From: an uncultured SAR86 cluster bacterium
Lineage (GTDB): Bacteria > Pseudomonadota > Gammaproteobacteria > Magnimaribacterales > D2472
Assembly: GCA_902557645.1 (NCBI GenBank)
Contig: CACEAP010000004.1
Span: 11,803-75,802 of the forward strand
DNA: 64,000 nucleotides
Reading direction: 5' to 3'
Made by a program: the position numbers and the translations under genes. The notes beneath the pieces are model-generated. The model had not been told where the DNA came from and made no database searches. It worked only from the letters and a program-made list of their open reading frames with translations. Shown here piece by piece: positions 52,715 to 64,000 of this stretch (position 1 is the first letter of the stretch; each line of letters starts with the position of its first letter).

Positions 52715-55700
52715 TTAGAACTTATACGCAAATCCTAATTGCATTCTATATCTAGAACTATAAGTATCAGTGCTAGGTCCTCTATCATCTACACCAGTGA
52801 TGATAATTTGACCAGATGAATTAAATCCATCTGATTCAAGTAACCCTCTGCCACCATATCTATAGTATTTTTGATGCCCTTTATCTTCATCAATTAAGTT
52901 CATTAGATTAAGTACATCTAAATATACAAAAAGCTTATGTCCATCTATAAAAGTCGGAACTTCTTGAGCAATTCTTAAATCAAGCTGCTTAGTCCAAGGG
53001 AGTGTATGATGATTTCTTGGCATAACTCTTCCAGCCCAGCTATTTAAACCAGCTTTAGTTATTGCTGCCAATACCTCACTTTGAGTAACACCGTCATAAA
53101 CAACATTAGGATCATTAGCAATTGGAACATACATTAATGTACTCCCATCATCCATTCCATTATCAAAACCATCAAGAATGTAGCTAAATGGAGATCCAGA
53201 ATATGCTTTATAGAAAAGTGATACTTTTGTAGGCGCACCGTCAAAAATACTCATTGTCTTATCAAGACCCATCACTAATCTATGCTCATTTGACCAATCA
53301 GTTGGTGCAACAGGAACATTTTTAATATCGGCATTCTTCATGTAACGTAGGTTCGATGATGCTTGTGACGAAGTTGCAGACCATCCGCTTGAAGCTTTCA
53401 TATTGGTATAGCTCATAAAGACATTGGTACCATTATCAAACTCTTTATCAAATCCAAAAGTCATTGATTCTGAGCTAGTTCCTTCAGCATTTGTTATAAC
53501 AGTATGGCCATAGCCATTGTATGAAACTATGCCAGTAGGTGAAGCCTGATCAACGGTATGTGATGCATCATAGAAACCAATACCTTCTTTGGCATCATCT
53601 CTATTATATGCAAGCCTTAAGTTATAACCCTTTGAAGTTACAAGATCCAGCTCAATGGAGGTTTTCCAGGTTGAAGGAGTTTCATAATTAGGATCTATAC
53701 CTTCAGCACCACCTGGTGAGACTGATCCTGGAGGAATTAGTTCAAAAAGATTAACATCTCCATAAAAACATGTTGGATCTCCAGCAACTGGACATGGTGA
53801 GTAATATCTTGCTCCATAAGTTGATACACCAGTATTTGAGAATGGACTTGCGAGCCATACATTTGGAACTCTACCAGCAAATAAACCTATACCACCTCTA
53901 AGTTCAGCAGAAACAACTCTATTTGAATCAGAGAACATTAAATCTGTAGCATCAAGATTAAATCCAACTCTAGGTTGAAGTATTCTTGATTTTGCAGGTG
54001 TTGCATTTGAAAATCCTAATGTTTCAGATGCGCTTGCGTTGTATGCAGGACCATTATCCATAGCAAATGTATCTAATCTAACACCAGCCAAAACAGTTAA
54101 TATATCCGAGACATACATTTTATCTTGAATATAAAGAGTTTTAAAAGTTCCAGAGAAAGCAGCAGCGGCATCATAAGGATTACCTGTTGCTGACTGATTA
54201 AATCTAAAGAAGCTTGGAATACCTGCTTCAAAGTTATCTACACCTTCAAAAGTATACTTACCATCTTCTCTTGAGATAAATAGATTACTAACAAACTTAT
54301 CAATTGTATCGTAGCCCATAGTAATCTCATGATCACCAATAGTTAATACACCTTTAATATTTATAATTTCATCGGTTGCAGAGGTTTCGTTAGCACTTCT
54401 ATATTTGTCTCCACCTAAGTAAATTCTTTCACTTGAGCCGGATCCAAAAGCCCCAGTAGAATCAGTAATTCTAATTTCTACCTCTGGGAAATCTTCTCCA
54501 CCAAGAGCATCCTGGTCATTGGTATATTCAACGTCGGAATATTTAACTTGGACATAAAAGTTATCTGTTAAATCTCCGTACCATGAATATGTACTTTTTT
54601 CATTTGTTGTTGGATAGTTGTAATAATGCGAACTAAATCGTATATCACGGTTATAAGGTCTAACTGAGTTATCTTCCGAATAACTATAAACATATTCCAA
54701 TCTATTTCTATCGTTAACTACGTAATCAATTTTTGCTAATTTTTTCTCAGCCATTTCTGGTGGAGGTGAGAAATTTGGTGAACCTGGATCATAGTTATAT
54801 AAGGTCTTAGTAATATCAGTAATTCTGTCTATAAGAGCTTGATCAGCTATTCTATATACGACCTCTTCTGAAGGTGTTAAAGATTCAAATTCTTCATATG
54901 CTACGAAGAAAAATAGTTCATCCTGTATTATCGGACCACCTAAGACAAAGCCAGTAGTTTCATCTTCAAATTGACTTGGTTTACTTCCATTCAAATCACC
55001 AACATTGTTTTCATCAGTAGAATAGTAATAACCCATTCCTTTAAATTCATTCGTTCCTGATTTAGTAACAGCATTAATGCTGGCACCAGTGAAGTTACCT
55101 TTAGATACATCGTATGGGCTAATATCAACAGATATTTGCTCAAGAGTTTCGATACTAATTGGGTTTCTTACAGAAGGAAAACCATTAGCATTTAGACCCA
55201 AGGGATCATTTTGAGCAACACCATCAACAGTGAAGTTGTTATATCTATTGTTTGTTCCTGATACGGAAATGGTTGCATTTCTTGCTTCACCATCAACAAT
55301 AATTCTAGAATCTCTTTTTACATATTCTGAAATAGATCTCTCGATACTTGGAGTTCCTTCAATATCAGCTGCGGATACAGCTAAACCAGATCCAAATTGT
55401 GTAAATGAAGTTTTAGAACCTGTTACCACAACTTCATCCATCGAAGTTGATAAATTGACATTAATATTTGATGTCTGTGACACGTTCAAATATACGTCAT
55501 TTAAAGTTTCAGAACCATATCCGGCCTTAGAAACTTTTATAACATAAGGACCACCTGGACGAAGGTTAGATACAGCAAAAGTTCCATCTGCACTAGCAAC
55601 AACAGTTTTCGAAGAACCAGTTGGAGTGTGAACAATCTGAATTGTTGCTTCAGAAACATTTACATCACCACGAACAGATGATGTAGTCTCATTAGCTGCA

Positions 55701-55756
55701 AATACAGAGCCACTAACAAAAAATACGGTTAATAAAGATAAATACCACTTATTCAT
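52715..55756 (-). CDS. TonB-dependent receptor with N-terminal carboxypeptidase-regulatory-like domain (Oar-like)
   Basis: Signal peptide, then SSVRGDV...TGSSKTVVASADGTFAVSNLRPGGPYVIKVSKAGYG (CarboxypepD_reg-like), then plug and a large barrel ending ...LGFAYKF. 1013 aa. Confidence 0.9.
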   Translation of the reverse strand: MNKWYLSLLTVFFVSGSVFAANETTSSVRGDVNVSEATIQIVHTPTGSSKTVVASADGTFAVSNLRPGGPYVIKVSKAGYGSETLNDVYLNVSQTSNINVNLSTSMDEVVVTGSKTSFTQFGSGLAVSAADIEGTPSIERSISEYVKRDSRIIVDGEARNATISVSGTNNRYNNFTVDGVAQNDPLGLNANGFPSVRNPISIETLEQISVDISPYDVSKGNFTGASINAVTKSGTNEFKGMGYYYSTDENNVGDLNGSKPSQFEDETTGFVLGGPIIQDELFFFVAYEEFESLTPSEEVVYRIADQALIDRITDITKTLYNYDPGSPNFSPPPEMAEKKLAKIDYVVNDRNRLEYVYSYSEDNSVRPYNRDIRFSSHYYNYPTTNEKSTYSWYGDLTDNFYVQVKYSDVEYTNDQDALGGEDFPEVEIRITDSTGAFGSGSSERIYLGGDKYRSANETSATDEIINIKGVLTIGDHEITMGYDTIDKFVSNLFISREDGKYTFEGVDNFEAGIPSFFRFNQSATGNPYDAAAAFSGTFKTLYIQDKMYVSDILTVLAGVRLDTFAMDNGPAYNASASETLGFSNATPAKSRILQPRVGFNLDATDLMFSDSNRVVSAELRGGIGLFAGRVPNVWLASPFSNTGVSTYGARYYSPCPVAGDPTCFYGDVNLFELIPPGSVSPGGAEGIDPNYETPSTWKTSIELDLVTSKGYNLRLAYNRDDAKEGIGFYDASHTVDQASPTGIVSYNGYGHTVITNAEGTSSESMTFGFDKEFDNGTNVFMSYTNMKASSGWSATSSQASSNLRYMKNADIKNVPVAPTDWSNEHRLVMGLDKTMSIFDGAPTKVSLFYKAYSGSPFSYILDGFDNGMDDGSTLMYVPIANDPNVVYDGVTQSEVLAAITKAGLNSWAGRVMPRNHHTLPWTKQLDLRIAQEVPTFIDGHKLFVYLDVLNLMNLIDEDKGHQKYYRYGGRGLLESDGFNSSGQIIITGVDDRGPSTDTYSSRYRMQLGFAYKF

Positions 55757-55887
55757 AACAATCCCTCTATTTAAATAAGATTAAAGATACATTTATAATA
55801 TACCTTTTTATACAGCTATGAAAGGAAAAAAAAGATCAATATTGTGAATTTTATGAAAAGTTTTAAAACTTAATTGAAACTTTAATA

Positions 55888-57135
55888 TTAGGATATTTTA
55901 ATATGGCTTTTACCCATATATTGAACCAGGGCTTCTGGAATCTTTATAGAGTTATCCCCATCAAAATTATTTTCAATGACTGCAATCAAGGCTCTTCCTG
56001 CAGCTAATGCAGATCCATTAATTGTGTGTGCAAAGACTTTGTTTTTACCATCTTTAACTCTTATCTTGCCTCTTCTTGCTTGAAAGTCTAAAAAATTTGA
56101 ACATGATGAAATTTCTCTGTATTTATTCTGACTTGGCATCCAAACCTCAATATCATAGGTTTTTGCGGAACTAAAACCTAAATCTCCAGTACAAAGTTCG
56201 ATAACTTGATATGGTAAGTCTAAAACCTGTAAAACCTCCTCAGCATTTGCAAGCAATTCATTAAGAGCTTCAAAAGAGTTATCAGGATGAACAATCTGGA
56301 CCAATTCTACTTTTTCAAATTGATGTTGTCTTATCAAGCCTTTAGTGTCCTTTCCATAACTGCCAGCTTCAGATCTAAAACATGGAGTATGAGAAGTTAG
56401 TTTTATAGGTAGTGATGAAGAATCAATAATAGTATCCCTATATAGGTTTGTTAATGGAACTTCTGCAGTAGGAATAAGATACATATCATTAGTTAGCTTA
56501 AAAAGGTCTTCTTCAAATTTAGGTAATTGACCAGTCGATTGCAAAGAATCTGCGTTAGCTATATAAGGCACATAATGTTCTTGATAACCATTTTTGGTAG
56601 CTAAATCTAACATTAAATGAATTAATGCTCTTTGCATTTTAGCAATATCATTCTTAAGCACAGAAAAACGCGAACCTGCTAATTTAACAGCTAATTCAGA
56701 ATCAATATCAGAAGTAATTTCAATATGGTCTTTTGAATTGGTAGTATTTACTTTACCAACTTGCCTTATGACAACATTATTTGATTCATCTTTACCAATA
56801 GGCGCATCTTTGTGGGCTATATTAGGAATATCTAAAAGAAAATCTTCAAGCTCTTTTTGAATATCTTTTAAAGCCTCCTCTCCAGCCTTTAGCCCATTAT
56901 TCATTTTTTCTATGTTTGCTTTAAGTTCTTCAGTTGATAAGTCTTGTTTTTTTAGACTGGCAAATTCGTTAGATAGTTTCTTTCTTTCTGATTGAACAAA
57001 CTCAACATCAACTTGAAGCCTTTTCCTTTCTGCATCAATCTTTGTAAATTTTTCAAGATCTAATTCATAGCCTCTATTAGAAAGAGCTGCCTGAATTTCT
57101 TTTGACGATTCTCTGATTAATTTTATATCTAACAT
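55888..57135 (-). CDS. serS: serine--tRNA ligase
   Basis: N-terminal coiled-coil arm. Class II motif 2 FRSEAGSYGKDTKGLIRQHQFEKVE and motif 3 GSALAAGRALIAVIEN. Confidence 0.95.
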   Translation of the reverse strand: MLDIKLIRESSKEIQAALSNRGYELDLEKFTKIDAERKRLQVDVEFVQSERKKLSNEFASLKKQDLSTEELKANIEKMNNGLKAGEEALKDIQKELEDFLLDIPNIAHKDAPIGKDESNNVVIRQVGKVNTTNSKDHIEITSDIDSELAVKLAGSRFSVLKNDIAKMQRALIHLMLDLATKNGYQEHYVPYIANADSLQSTGQLPKFEEDLFKLTNDMYLIPTAEVPLTNLYRDTIIDSSSLPIKLTSHTPCFRSEAGSYGKDTKGLIRQHQFEKVELVQIVHPDNSFEALNELLANAEEVLQVLDLPYQVIELCTGDLGFSSAKTYDIEVWMPSQNKYREISSCSNFLDFQARRGKIRVKDGKNKVFAHTINGSALAAGRALIAVIENNFDGDNSIKIPEALVQYMGKSHIKIS

Positions 57136-57136
57136 A

Positions 57137-57499
57137 CTATTTTAAAGTTCCTATACTTAAACCAATATAAGTAGCTAATATTGTAAAACCTATTGTCATT
57201 AATATATATAGAGTTGCTTCACCAAAATTATAATTATTAATCAATTCCATTGTTTGAGTAGAAAAAGCCGACATTGTTGTAAAGGATCCTAAAAATCCAA
57301 CAACAAAGAAAAGCTGAACATCAGATTTAATATCTGCATATAAGCCAAAAGCTAAGCCAACTAATAAGCAACCTAGAATATTGACAGTTAAAGTTCCTAA
57401 GTAACTACTTGTAAAAATATACTTAGATGCAAGTTCAGTTATGCTGTACCTTGCAATAGCACCCAAAGCGCCACCTAATCCAACTAATATAATATTCAT
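57137..57499 (-). CDS. crcB: fluoride channel CrcB/FluC
   Basis: 120 aa, 4 TM, with GGALGAIARY and GFLGSFTTMSAF motifs. Confidence 0.9.
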   Translation of the reverse strand: MNIILVGLGGALGAIARYSITELASKYIFTSSYLGTLTVNILGCLLVGLAFGLYADIKSDVQLFFVVGFLGSFTTMSAFSTQTMELINNYNFGEATLYILMTIGFTILATYIGLSIGTLK

Positions 57500-57502
57500 T
57501 AA

Positions 57503-58015
57503 TTATGTCTCTATTTTTAGAAAAATTAGATTTTCAATGTCGAGATTATCATTATATTTTAAATAGTATATTTTATTATCTTTGAATTTAACTTCGATAG
57601 CACCATAACCACTTTCTGTAACTGGAGTAACAAATATAGAATTATCAATGTAATTAATTGTGTAATTAGGATTATTCATATCTAAACCATTCAAGAAAAT
57701 ATTCATCATTATATTGCTTGAAAAATCTTCTCTTGAAATTATGGATTGTTGATCGAGCTCAATATCTGTAATTATGATCTCATTTTTAGTAAGTTCGTAT
57801 TTTTCTTTAAATGGTGTATCTACAAATACAATTGTTTTATCTTTATTTCGAATAATCCTTCCTTCACTTTTATCAATAGAGTTTGTATATGGATTAATAG
57901 ATGATTGAATGAAACTAATATTAGGATTGTTTAATGATGTATTAAACATATCTGTTAAGTCTTCGCTATAAACATTCAAACTCAGACTAATAAAAATTAT
58001 AAAAAATAATTTCAT
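57503..58015 (-). CDS. lolA: outer-membrane lipoprotein carrier LolA-like protein
   Basis: Signal peptide and about 170 aa of beta-rich sequence. Its position directly after ftsK matches the enterobacterial ftsK-lolA order. The sequence match itself is only loosely recognisable. Confidence 0.6.
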   Translation of the reverse strand: MKLFFIIFISLSLNVYSEDLTDMFNTSLNNPNISFIQSSINPYTNSIDKSEGRIIRNKDKTIVFVDTPFKEKYELTKNEIIITDIELDQQSIISREDFSSNIMMNIFLNGLDMNNPNYTINYIDNSIFVTPVTESGYGAIEVKFKDNKIYYLKYNDNLDIENLIFLKIET

Positions 58016-60307
58016 TTATGTTCTTTTAGGTACTATAACTTCTCTTGAACCATTAGAACTCATTTCAGTAACTATTCCAGCTTGCTCCATTGTCTCAATA
58101 AGTCTTGCTGCTCTGTTATAGCCTATTCTTAATTTTCTTTGTACAGCTGAAATAGACGCTCTTCTTGAATCAATAACAAAATTAACAGCTTCGTCATATA
58201 ACTCATCTGCATCTTCATCATTAGATGATTCATTGGACCATCCAGGAATGGGCCCTGTATCTTGAACATCTGATACGATATTGTCTATATAGTCAGGCAC
58301 TGATCTCTTTTTCCAATCATCAACCACTCTGTGTACTTCATCATCACCCACAAAAGCTCCATGAACTCTAACAGGAACGCTAATACCAGGAGGAAGATAA
58401 AGCATATCGCCATAACCTAATAACTGTTCGGCACCACCTTGATCAAGAATGGTTCTTGAATCAATTTTTGATGAAACTTGGAATCCTATCCTGGTAGGTA
58501 TATTAGCTTTTATTAATCCTGTTATAACATCAACAGAAGGTCTTTGAGTAGCTAAAATTAAATGAATGCCTGCTGCTCTTGCTTTTTGAGCAATTCTTGC
58601 AATCAAGTGTTCTACTTTTTTTCCAACCAGCATCATCATGTCAGCAAATTCATCAACAACCACAACTATAGATGGCAATTTCTCTAAAAAAACTTCCTCG
58701 TCTTCAACAAGTGGGTCTGGAATTTGTTGGCCATTTGAGGATGCTTCTTCAATTTTCTTATTAAATCCTTGAAGGTTTCTAACACCCATAATAGACATTA
58801 ATTTATACCTTCGATCCATTTCAGCAACACACCACCGCAGACCATTAGAAGCATCTGTCATGTCTGTAATTACAGGAGTCAATAAATGCGGAATTCCATC
58901 ATAAACAGAAAGTTCTAACATCTTTGGATCAATAAGAATTAAACGTACGTCCTCAGGATCAGATTTAAATAGTAAACTTAGCAACATAGCATTTACACCA
59001 ACTGATTTACCTGAGCCTGTAGTTCCAGCGACTAATAAGTGTGGCATCTTAGCTAAATCTACAACAACAGACTTTCCTGCAATGTCATGACCTAATGCCA
59101 AAGATAAGCTAGATGTAGAAGTTTTAAAAGCATTTGAAGATAAGATCTCTGTTAAACGAACCATCTTTCTATTAGTGTTGGGTATCTCAATACCAACAAC
59201 TGATTTACCCTCAATAACCTCAACAACTCTTACGCTACTTACAGCTAATGATCTTGCAATATCTTGAGCAATATTTGTAACTTTGCTTGCTTTTGTTCCA
59301 GGCGCTAACTCTATCTCAAATCTAGTAACTACTGGGCCAGGCAAAACAGAGACAACATCTGCAGTTACTCCAAACTCAGCAAGTTTTAATTCTAATAGAC
59401 TTGCTAAAGAGTTAAGATCTTCTTTAGATAAAGATGATCCATCATCTAAAGCTCTATCTAATAACGCTGTGCTTGGCATTCTAGTTTTCTCTTCATCCTC
59501 TTCAGTTTTTGTTGCTGATTTGGGTTTAGGTACAGGCTGAATCTCAGGTTTTGTTTTTTCTGGCTCAGGATTTTTTTGAACTTCTGAACTAGCTACTTTT
59601 ATTTCAGCTGGTTTCTTTTGAGATATTAAATCTGCTTCCGCTCTTTTTTTTGCATTTATTTCAGACTTAATCTTTTGTTTTTCTTGGTATTTCTTAATAT
59701 TGTTCTTAATGGTGTTAAATAAACTTATTAAGAATTCTTTAAGCTTCTTAAGAACTATTATTACAAAGGACCCTGTCTTATCTATTAAATTAGTCCAGGT
59801 AAAATTAAAGGCTAATGAAAATGCAGGTATGAGAAAAAGTATTATAAAAATTAATGAACCTAATTGACCAAAAATTCCTGAAAGAAAAATAAATACTGTA
59901 TTACCAATATAGCCACCTGCAGATAATTCAGGGTATGCATCTCCATCAAGATAAAACTCAAAAAGTGAGCATGCGCATAATATAGTTATTAAAGATCCAA
60001 AAAAACGGAAAAAAGATTTAGCTCTTGAAGAATATTTTGCTGGAACAAATATAGCTTCAATAGAAACACTAACTAAAAGCGCTAAAACAATATAAGCTCC
60101 TATACCAAACAATACAAAAAGTACATCAGAGATCCATGCACCAAAGGGGCCACCTAGATTTTCAATATCATTTGAGGATGAAAATGAAGAAAAACCAGGA
60201 TCAGATGAGTTATATGAGATAAGAGTTATAAAAATATATAAACAAAGACCTAACAGCGTAAATCCAAGAAAACTCTTTAGAATGCTTTTAGTATATGGAG
60301 AATTCAT
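58016..60307 (-). CDS. ftsK: DNA translocase FtsK
   Basis: N-terminal TM domain and a P/K/E-rich linker. Walker [10 protein letters not shown], Walker [12 protein letters not shown], and a gamma-domain winged helix ([29 protein letters not shown]). Confidence 0.95.
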   Translation of the reverse strand: MNSPYTKSILKSFLGFTLLGLCLYIFITLISYNSSDPGFSSFSSSNDIENLGGPFGAWISDVLFVLFGIGAYIVLALLVSVSIEAIFVPAKYSSRAKSFFRFFGSLITILCACSLFEFYLDGDAYPELSAGGYIGNTVFIFLSGIFGQLGSLIFIILFLIPAFSLAFNFTWTNLIDKTGSFVIIVLKKLKEFLISLFNTIKNNIKKYQEKQKIKSEINAKKRAEADLISQKKPAEIKVASSEVQKNPEPEKTKPEIQPVPKPKSATKTEEDEEKTRMPSTALLDRALDDGSSLSKEDLNSLASLLELKLAEFGVTADVVSVLPGPVVTRFEIELAPGTKASKVTNIAQDIARSLAVSSVRVVEVIEGKSVVGIEIPNTNRKMVRLTEILSSNAFKTSTSSLSLALGHDIAGKSVVVDLAKMPHLLVAGTTGSGKSVGVNAMLLSLLFKSDPEDVRLILIDPKMLELSVYDGIPHLLTPVITDMTDASNGLRWCVAEMDRRYKLMSIMGVRNLQGFNKKIEEASSNGQQIPDPLVEDEEVFLEKLPSIVVVVDEFADMMMLVGKKVEHLIARIAQKARAAGIHLILATQRPSVDVITGLIKANIPTRIGFQVSSKIDSRTILDQGGAEQLLGYGDMLYLPPGISVPVRVHGAFVGDDEVHRVVDDWKKRSVPDYIDNIVSDVQDTGPIPGWSNESSNDEDADELYDEAVNFVIDSRRASISAVQRKLRIGYNRAARLIETMEQAGIVTEMSSNGSREVIVPKRT

Positions 60308-60378
60308 TGTTTAATTAATATTAATGTATGATTAATTATATTGGATTTAATCACAATTTGTGGATATTTGAATTATAA

Positions 60379-61320
<942 letters not shown>

Positions 61321-61333
61321 GTTAATATTTATC

Positions 61334-61468
61334 TTATTGTCCAGCTACCCAAAACAGGGCTGCAACTACACAAACCACAATAATAATTAACGAAACTCTA
61401 GCATCTGATTTGCTATCCTCGTTTGCCTCAACATCATCATAAAAAGTATCTATATCATCTCTATTCAT
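61334..61468 (-). CDS. 44-aa tail-anchored mini-ORF (speculative)
   Basis: My own translation: MNRDDIDTFYDDVEANEDSKSDARVSLIIIVVCVVAALFWVAGQ. Lies 3 nt downstream of the acuI-like stop. Confidence 0.25.
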   Translation of the reverse strand: MNRDDIDTFYDDVEANEDSKSDARVSLIIIVVCVVAALFWVAGQ

Positions 61469-61471
61469 ATC

Positions 61472-62461
61472 CTATTCTCCATGTTTGATAACAACTCTGC
61501 CTACTTGTTCACCATTTAAAATTTTCTTTATTTCTTGATCGACTGCATCTAATTTAATATCTCTTGTAGAATTTTCAAGATCAACTTTCCATTCATTCGA
61601 TAAAAGCTCCCAAATAGATTGTTTAAATTCAATTGGTGATTCAGCTGAATCTATACCTATTAAAGATACTCCACGAAGAATAAATGGAAATACGGATGTA
61701 TTTAGTTGCATGCCTGCTACATTTCCACATGCAGAGATTGAAGACTTCGGAGAAACCTTAGAAATAATCTTTGCAAGAATATCACCACCAACCGTATCTA
61801 CTGCGCCGCCATATAAAGCCTTGTCTAATGGCCTTACTGGGTCTTGCATAAAGTCATCTCTATTTACTATAGAATCTGCACCTATAGTTTTAAGAAATAT
61901 GTCTTCATTATTTTTTCCAGTTAAGGCATGCACTTCATAGCCAAGTTTACTTAATATATTCACAGCAACAGAACCAACTCCACCAGTAGCGCCAGATACT
62001 AGAATAGGTTTTTTTTCATCAATGCCATTATCAATTATCTTTCTGACTGATGCAGCTGCAGTAAGGCCAGCTGTTCCATAATTCATAGATTCTTTCAAAG
62101 ACATATTTTTAGGTAATTTAACTACCCAGTTTGCTGGAACATGGACAATTTCACCAAATCCTCCAAAAACACTCATACCCATACTATAACCAGTAACAAT
62201 AACCTCATCACCAACATTAAAATTGGGAGATTTTGATTCTAATATCTTGCCAGCAGCATCAATACCTGGAACAAAAGGATACTCTCTTGTTACTCCATAT
62301 TTTGGTCCAGACGCTGATAAAGCATCTTTATAATTTAATGAGGAAAATTCGACATTTATGAGCACATGTTGATCTTGCACTATCGGAATATCAATAAATT
62401 TTATTGATCCAATATAAGAATCTCCGTCTTCTTGAATTAGGTAACCTTTATAAGCACTCAT
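61472..62461 (-). CDS. acuI: YhdH/YhfP-family MDR oxidoreductase (acryloyl-CoA reductase AcuI-like)
   Basis: N-terminal YKGYLIQEDGD...VEFSSLNYKDALS...PFVPGIDAAG and the cofactor motif SGATGGVGS typical of the YhdH family. Confidence 0.8.
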   Translation of the reverse strand: MSAYKGYLIQEDGDSYIGSIKFIDIPIVQDQHVLINVEFSSLNYKDALSASGPKYGVTREYPFVPGIDAAGKILESKSPNFNVGDEVIVTGYSMGMSVFGGFGEIVHVPANWVVKLPKNMSLKESMNYGTAGLTAAASVRKIIDNGIDEKKPILVSGATGGVGSVAVNILSKLGYEVHALTGKNNEDIFLKTIGADSIVNRDDFMQDPVRPLDKALYGGAVDTVGGDILAKIISKVSPKSSISACGNVAGMQLNTSVFPFILRGVSLIGIDSAESPIEFKQSIWELLSNEWKVDLENSTRDIKLDAVDQEIKKILNGEQVGRVVIKHGE

Positions 62462-63228
62462 CTAGGTGTCATTCTCATACCTGAATCAATTCTAATAGTT
62501 TCACCATTTAAGTATGTATTTGTAACAATATGTGCAGCTAAATCACCATATTCTTCTGGTGCACCAAATCTATGAGGAAACTGAGTAGATTCTAATAAAG
62601 GATCTCTTACTTTATCTGGCGCTAGTTGCATTAAAGGTGTATCAAATATCCCAGGTGCAATTGTACAAACTCTTATACCATGTCTTGCTAAGTCTCTAGC
62701 TGCAGTTAATGTCAAACCAATAACTCCTGCCTTAGAAGCGCTATATGCTGATTGCCCTATTTGCCCTTCATAACCTGCTACTGAAGCGGTATTAATTAAT
62801 ACACCCTTTTCACCTTTTGCGTCAGGCTCATTTTTATCCATTAATTCTGCTGCTAAACGCATAACATTAAAAGTACCTACTAAATTTAAATCAATAATAA
62901 ATTTAAAATGATCTAATGGATGCGGAGCCTCTTTGCCTAATATTCTTCCTCCATAACCAGTGCCTGCACAATTAACTGCAACGTGTAAAGCTCCAAATTT
63001 TTCTTTAATGCCTGCTATTGCATCCATGACTGGCTGCTCTTCCATTACATTGGTTAAAAAATATTGAACTTTGTCTTCACCTAAAGCTGCTTGAACTTCT
63101 TTAGCATTGTCTTCATTTAAATCTAAAATAGCCACCTTAGCTCCTTCAGCAACAAATTTTTCAACTGTAGCTCTGCCTAATCCAGAGGCGCCGCCTGTAA
63201 CTAAAGCAACTTTATCTTTTAATTCCAT
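62458..63228 (-). CDS. SDR 3-hydroxyacyl-CoA dehydrogenase (type-2/HSD17B10-like)
   Basis: VTGGASGLGRAT, NCAG, and catalytic YSASKAGVIGLT. Its stop overlaps the acuI-like start by 4 nt. Confidence 0.85.
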   Translation of the reverse strand: MELKDKVALVTGGASGLGRATVEKFVAEGAKVAILDLNEDNAKEVQAALGEDKVQYFLTNVMEEQPVMDAIAGIKEKFGALHVAVNCAGTGYGGRILGKEAPHPLDHFKFIIDLNLVGTFNVMRLAAELMDKNEPDAKGEKGVLINTASVAGYEGQIGQSAYSASKAGVIGLTLTAARDLARHGIRVCTIAPGIFDTPLMQLAPDKVRDPLLESTQFPHRFGAPEEYGDLAAHIVTNTYLNGETIRIDSGMRMTPR

Positions 63229-63360
63229 ATTAACTCCTTAAAAACTTTTCAATGAATTATAACGATTCACAACTAGAAGAACAGGCTTTAGTCAAAAACC
63301 TTTTGGCATAAAAATTGCTATACAACTAGTAGAACTTAAATATTTATTAAAGGAGATAAA

Positions 63361-63978
63361 ATGAATAAATTATTAACTATCATTCTTACTAGCTTTATTG
63401 CATTACCAAGTTTAGCTGGTGTGAGTGCGAATGTGAGTTTCGCTACAGATTATATCTGGAGAGGAATGACACAAACTGGTGGAGATCCAGCAATCAGTGG
63501 CGGTTTTGACTACGCTAATGATGGCGGTTTCTATGCAGGTATCTGGGGTTCAAATGTTGGATTTTCTGAAGACGATAATGGTTTAGGTGCCGGTAGTGAA
63601 TTAGATTTCTACTTTGGCTACGGCTTTGAAACTGAAGCAGGTCTAGGCATAGATATTAGCTATGTTGATTTCATGTATCCAGGTGCTACTAGTCTTGATT
63701 TCCAAGAAATTGGTGTTGCTTTAAGTTATGGTGATTTTGGTGTTGGTTATTATTCTGGACAAGATGGAGCTCCAGATTATATGGATTTATCATATAGTAT
63801 GGGTGATTTCTCTGTTTCTTATGGTGATTATGATACCTATGGAACAAATTATGCACTTGGCTATGGTTTTGGCTGTGGTGAATATGATTGTGCTTTAACC
63901 TATTCAGATTTTAGCTCTGATTCTGTTGATTTAATGGATGAAGATGCTCTAGTCTTTTCGGTATCAGCTAGTTTTTAA
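63361..63978 (+). CDS. TorF/Gcw_chp-family small outer-membrane beta-barrel protein
   Basis: Signal peptide, then NVSFATDYIWRGMTQTGGDPAISGGFDY...GFYAGIWGSNV, characteristic of this family. SD AAGGAG upstream. Confidence 0.75.
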   Translation: MNKLLTIILTSFIALPSLAGVSANVSFATDYIWRGMTQTGGDPAISGGFDYANDGGFYAGIWGSNVGFSEDDNGLGAGSELDFYFGYGFETEAGLGIDISYVDFMYPGATSLDFQEIGVALSYGDFGVGYYSGQDGAPDYMDLSYSMGDFSVSYGDYDTYGTNYALGYGFGCGEYDCALTYSDFSSDSVDLMDEDALVFSVSASF

Positions 63979-64000
63979 TTATAGATATTAATTCCCCTTA

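Noticed and set aside
57500-57502. Fluoride riboswitch upstream of crcB; cobalamin/TPP riboswitches or Fur boxes upstream of the four TBDR genes (27118..27380, 36003..36158, 47098..47215, 55757..55887)
   Set aside because: crcB is only 3 nt from lolA, so there is no room for a riboswitch. The TBDR leaders contain no B12-box, TPP core or convincing Fur-box consensus that I could recognise by eye. A covariance-model scan would be needed to exclude them formally.

Overview
The window is visibly AT-rich and densely coding, with short intergenic gaps and many 1-26 nt gene overlaps. I infer a streamlined marine gammaproteobacterium, possibly SAR86-like, from three things: the gene order trxB | ftsK-lolA-(crcB)-serS, four TonB-dependent receptors (TBDRs) in 64 kb, and a large number of hydrolases. 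Housekeeping anchors are trpS, tRNA-Ser(UGA), serS, crcB, lolA, ftsK and trxB. The rest is substrate-scavenging content. It includes 4 TBDRs, 2 BCCT carriers, 2 GPH/MelB-type symporters, NupC, MATE, one ABC-2 exporter and a partial MFS. It also has about 9 alpha/beta-fold or beta-lactamase-fold serine hydrolases, 2 periplasmic amidohydrolases, and acyl-CoA/lipid enzymes (PaaI thioesterase, crotonase, KAS III, 3-hydroxyacyl-CoA dehydrogenase, AcuI/YhdH). I saw no rRNA, CRISPR array, transposase, integrase or prophage genes. My lead candidate for an undescribed system is a gene set that occurs twice (22.6-28.9 kb and 40.4-47.1 kb): a TBDR with an unusual extension before its signal peptide, a BCCT carrier, and a cytoplasmic TPR-sulfotransferase. 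In the second copy the sulfotransferase is translationally coupled to a RecB-like PD-(D/E)XK nuclease and an S51 peptidase. Other notable items are a lipoprotein fusing a cadherin-like domain to an amicyanin-type blue-copper site, and a train of tiny coupled hydrophobic ORFs beside tRNA-Ser. There is also a PhnZ/MIOX-like HD protein inside a TetR-headed hydrolase operon, an amidohydrolase paralog lacking the HxH metal motif, and a BCCT gene whose first TM helix is encoded upstream of its first ATG. All functional calls come from motif recognition by eye; no searches were run.
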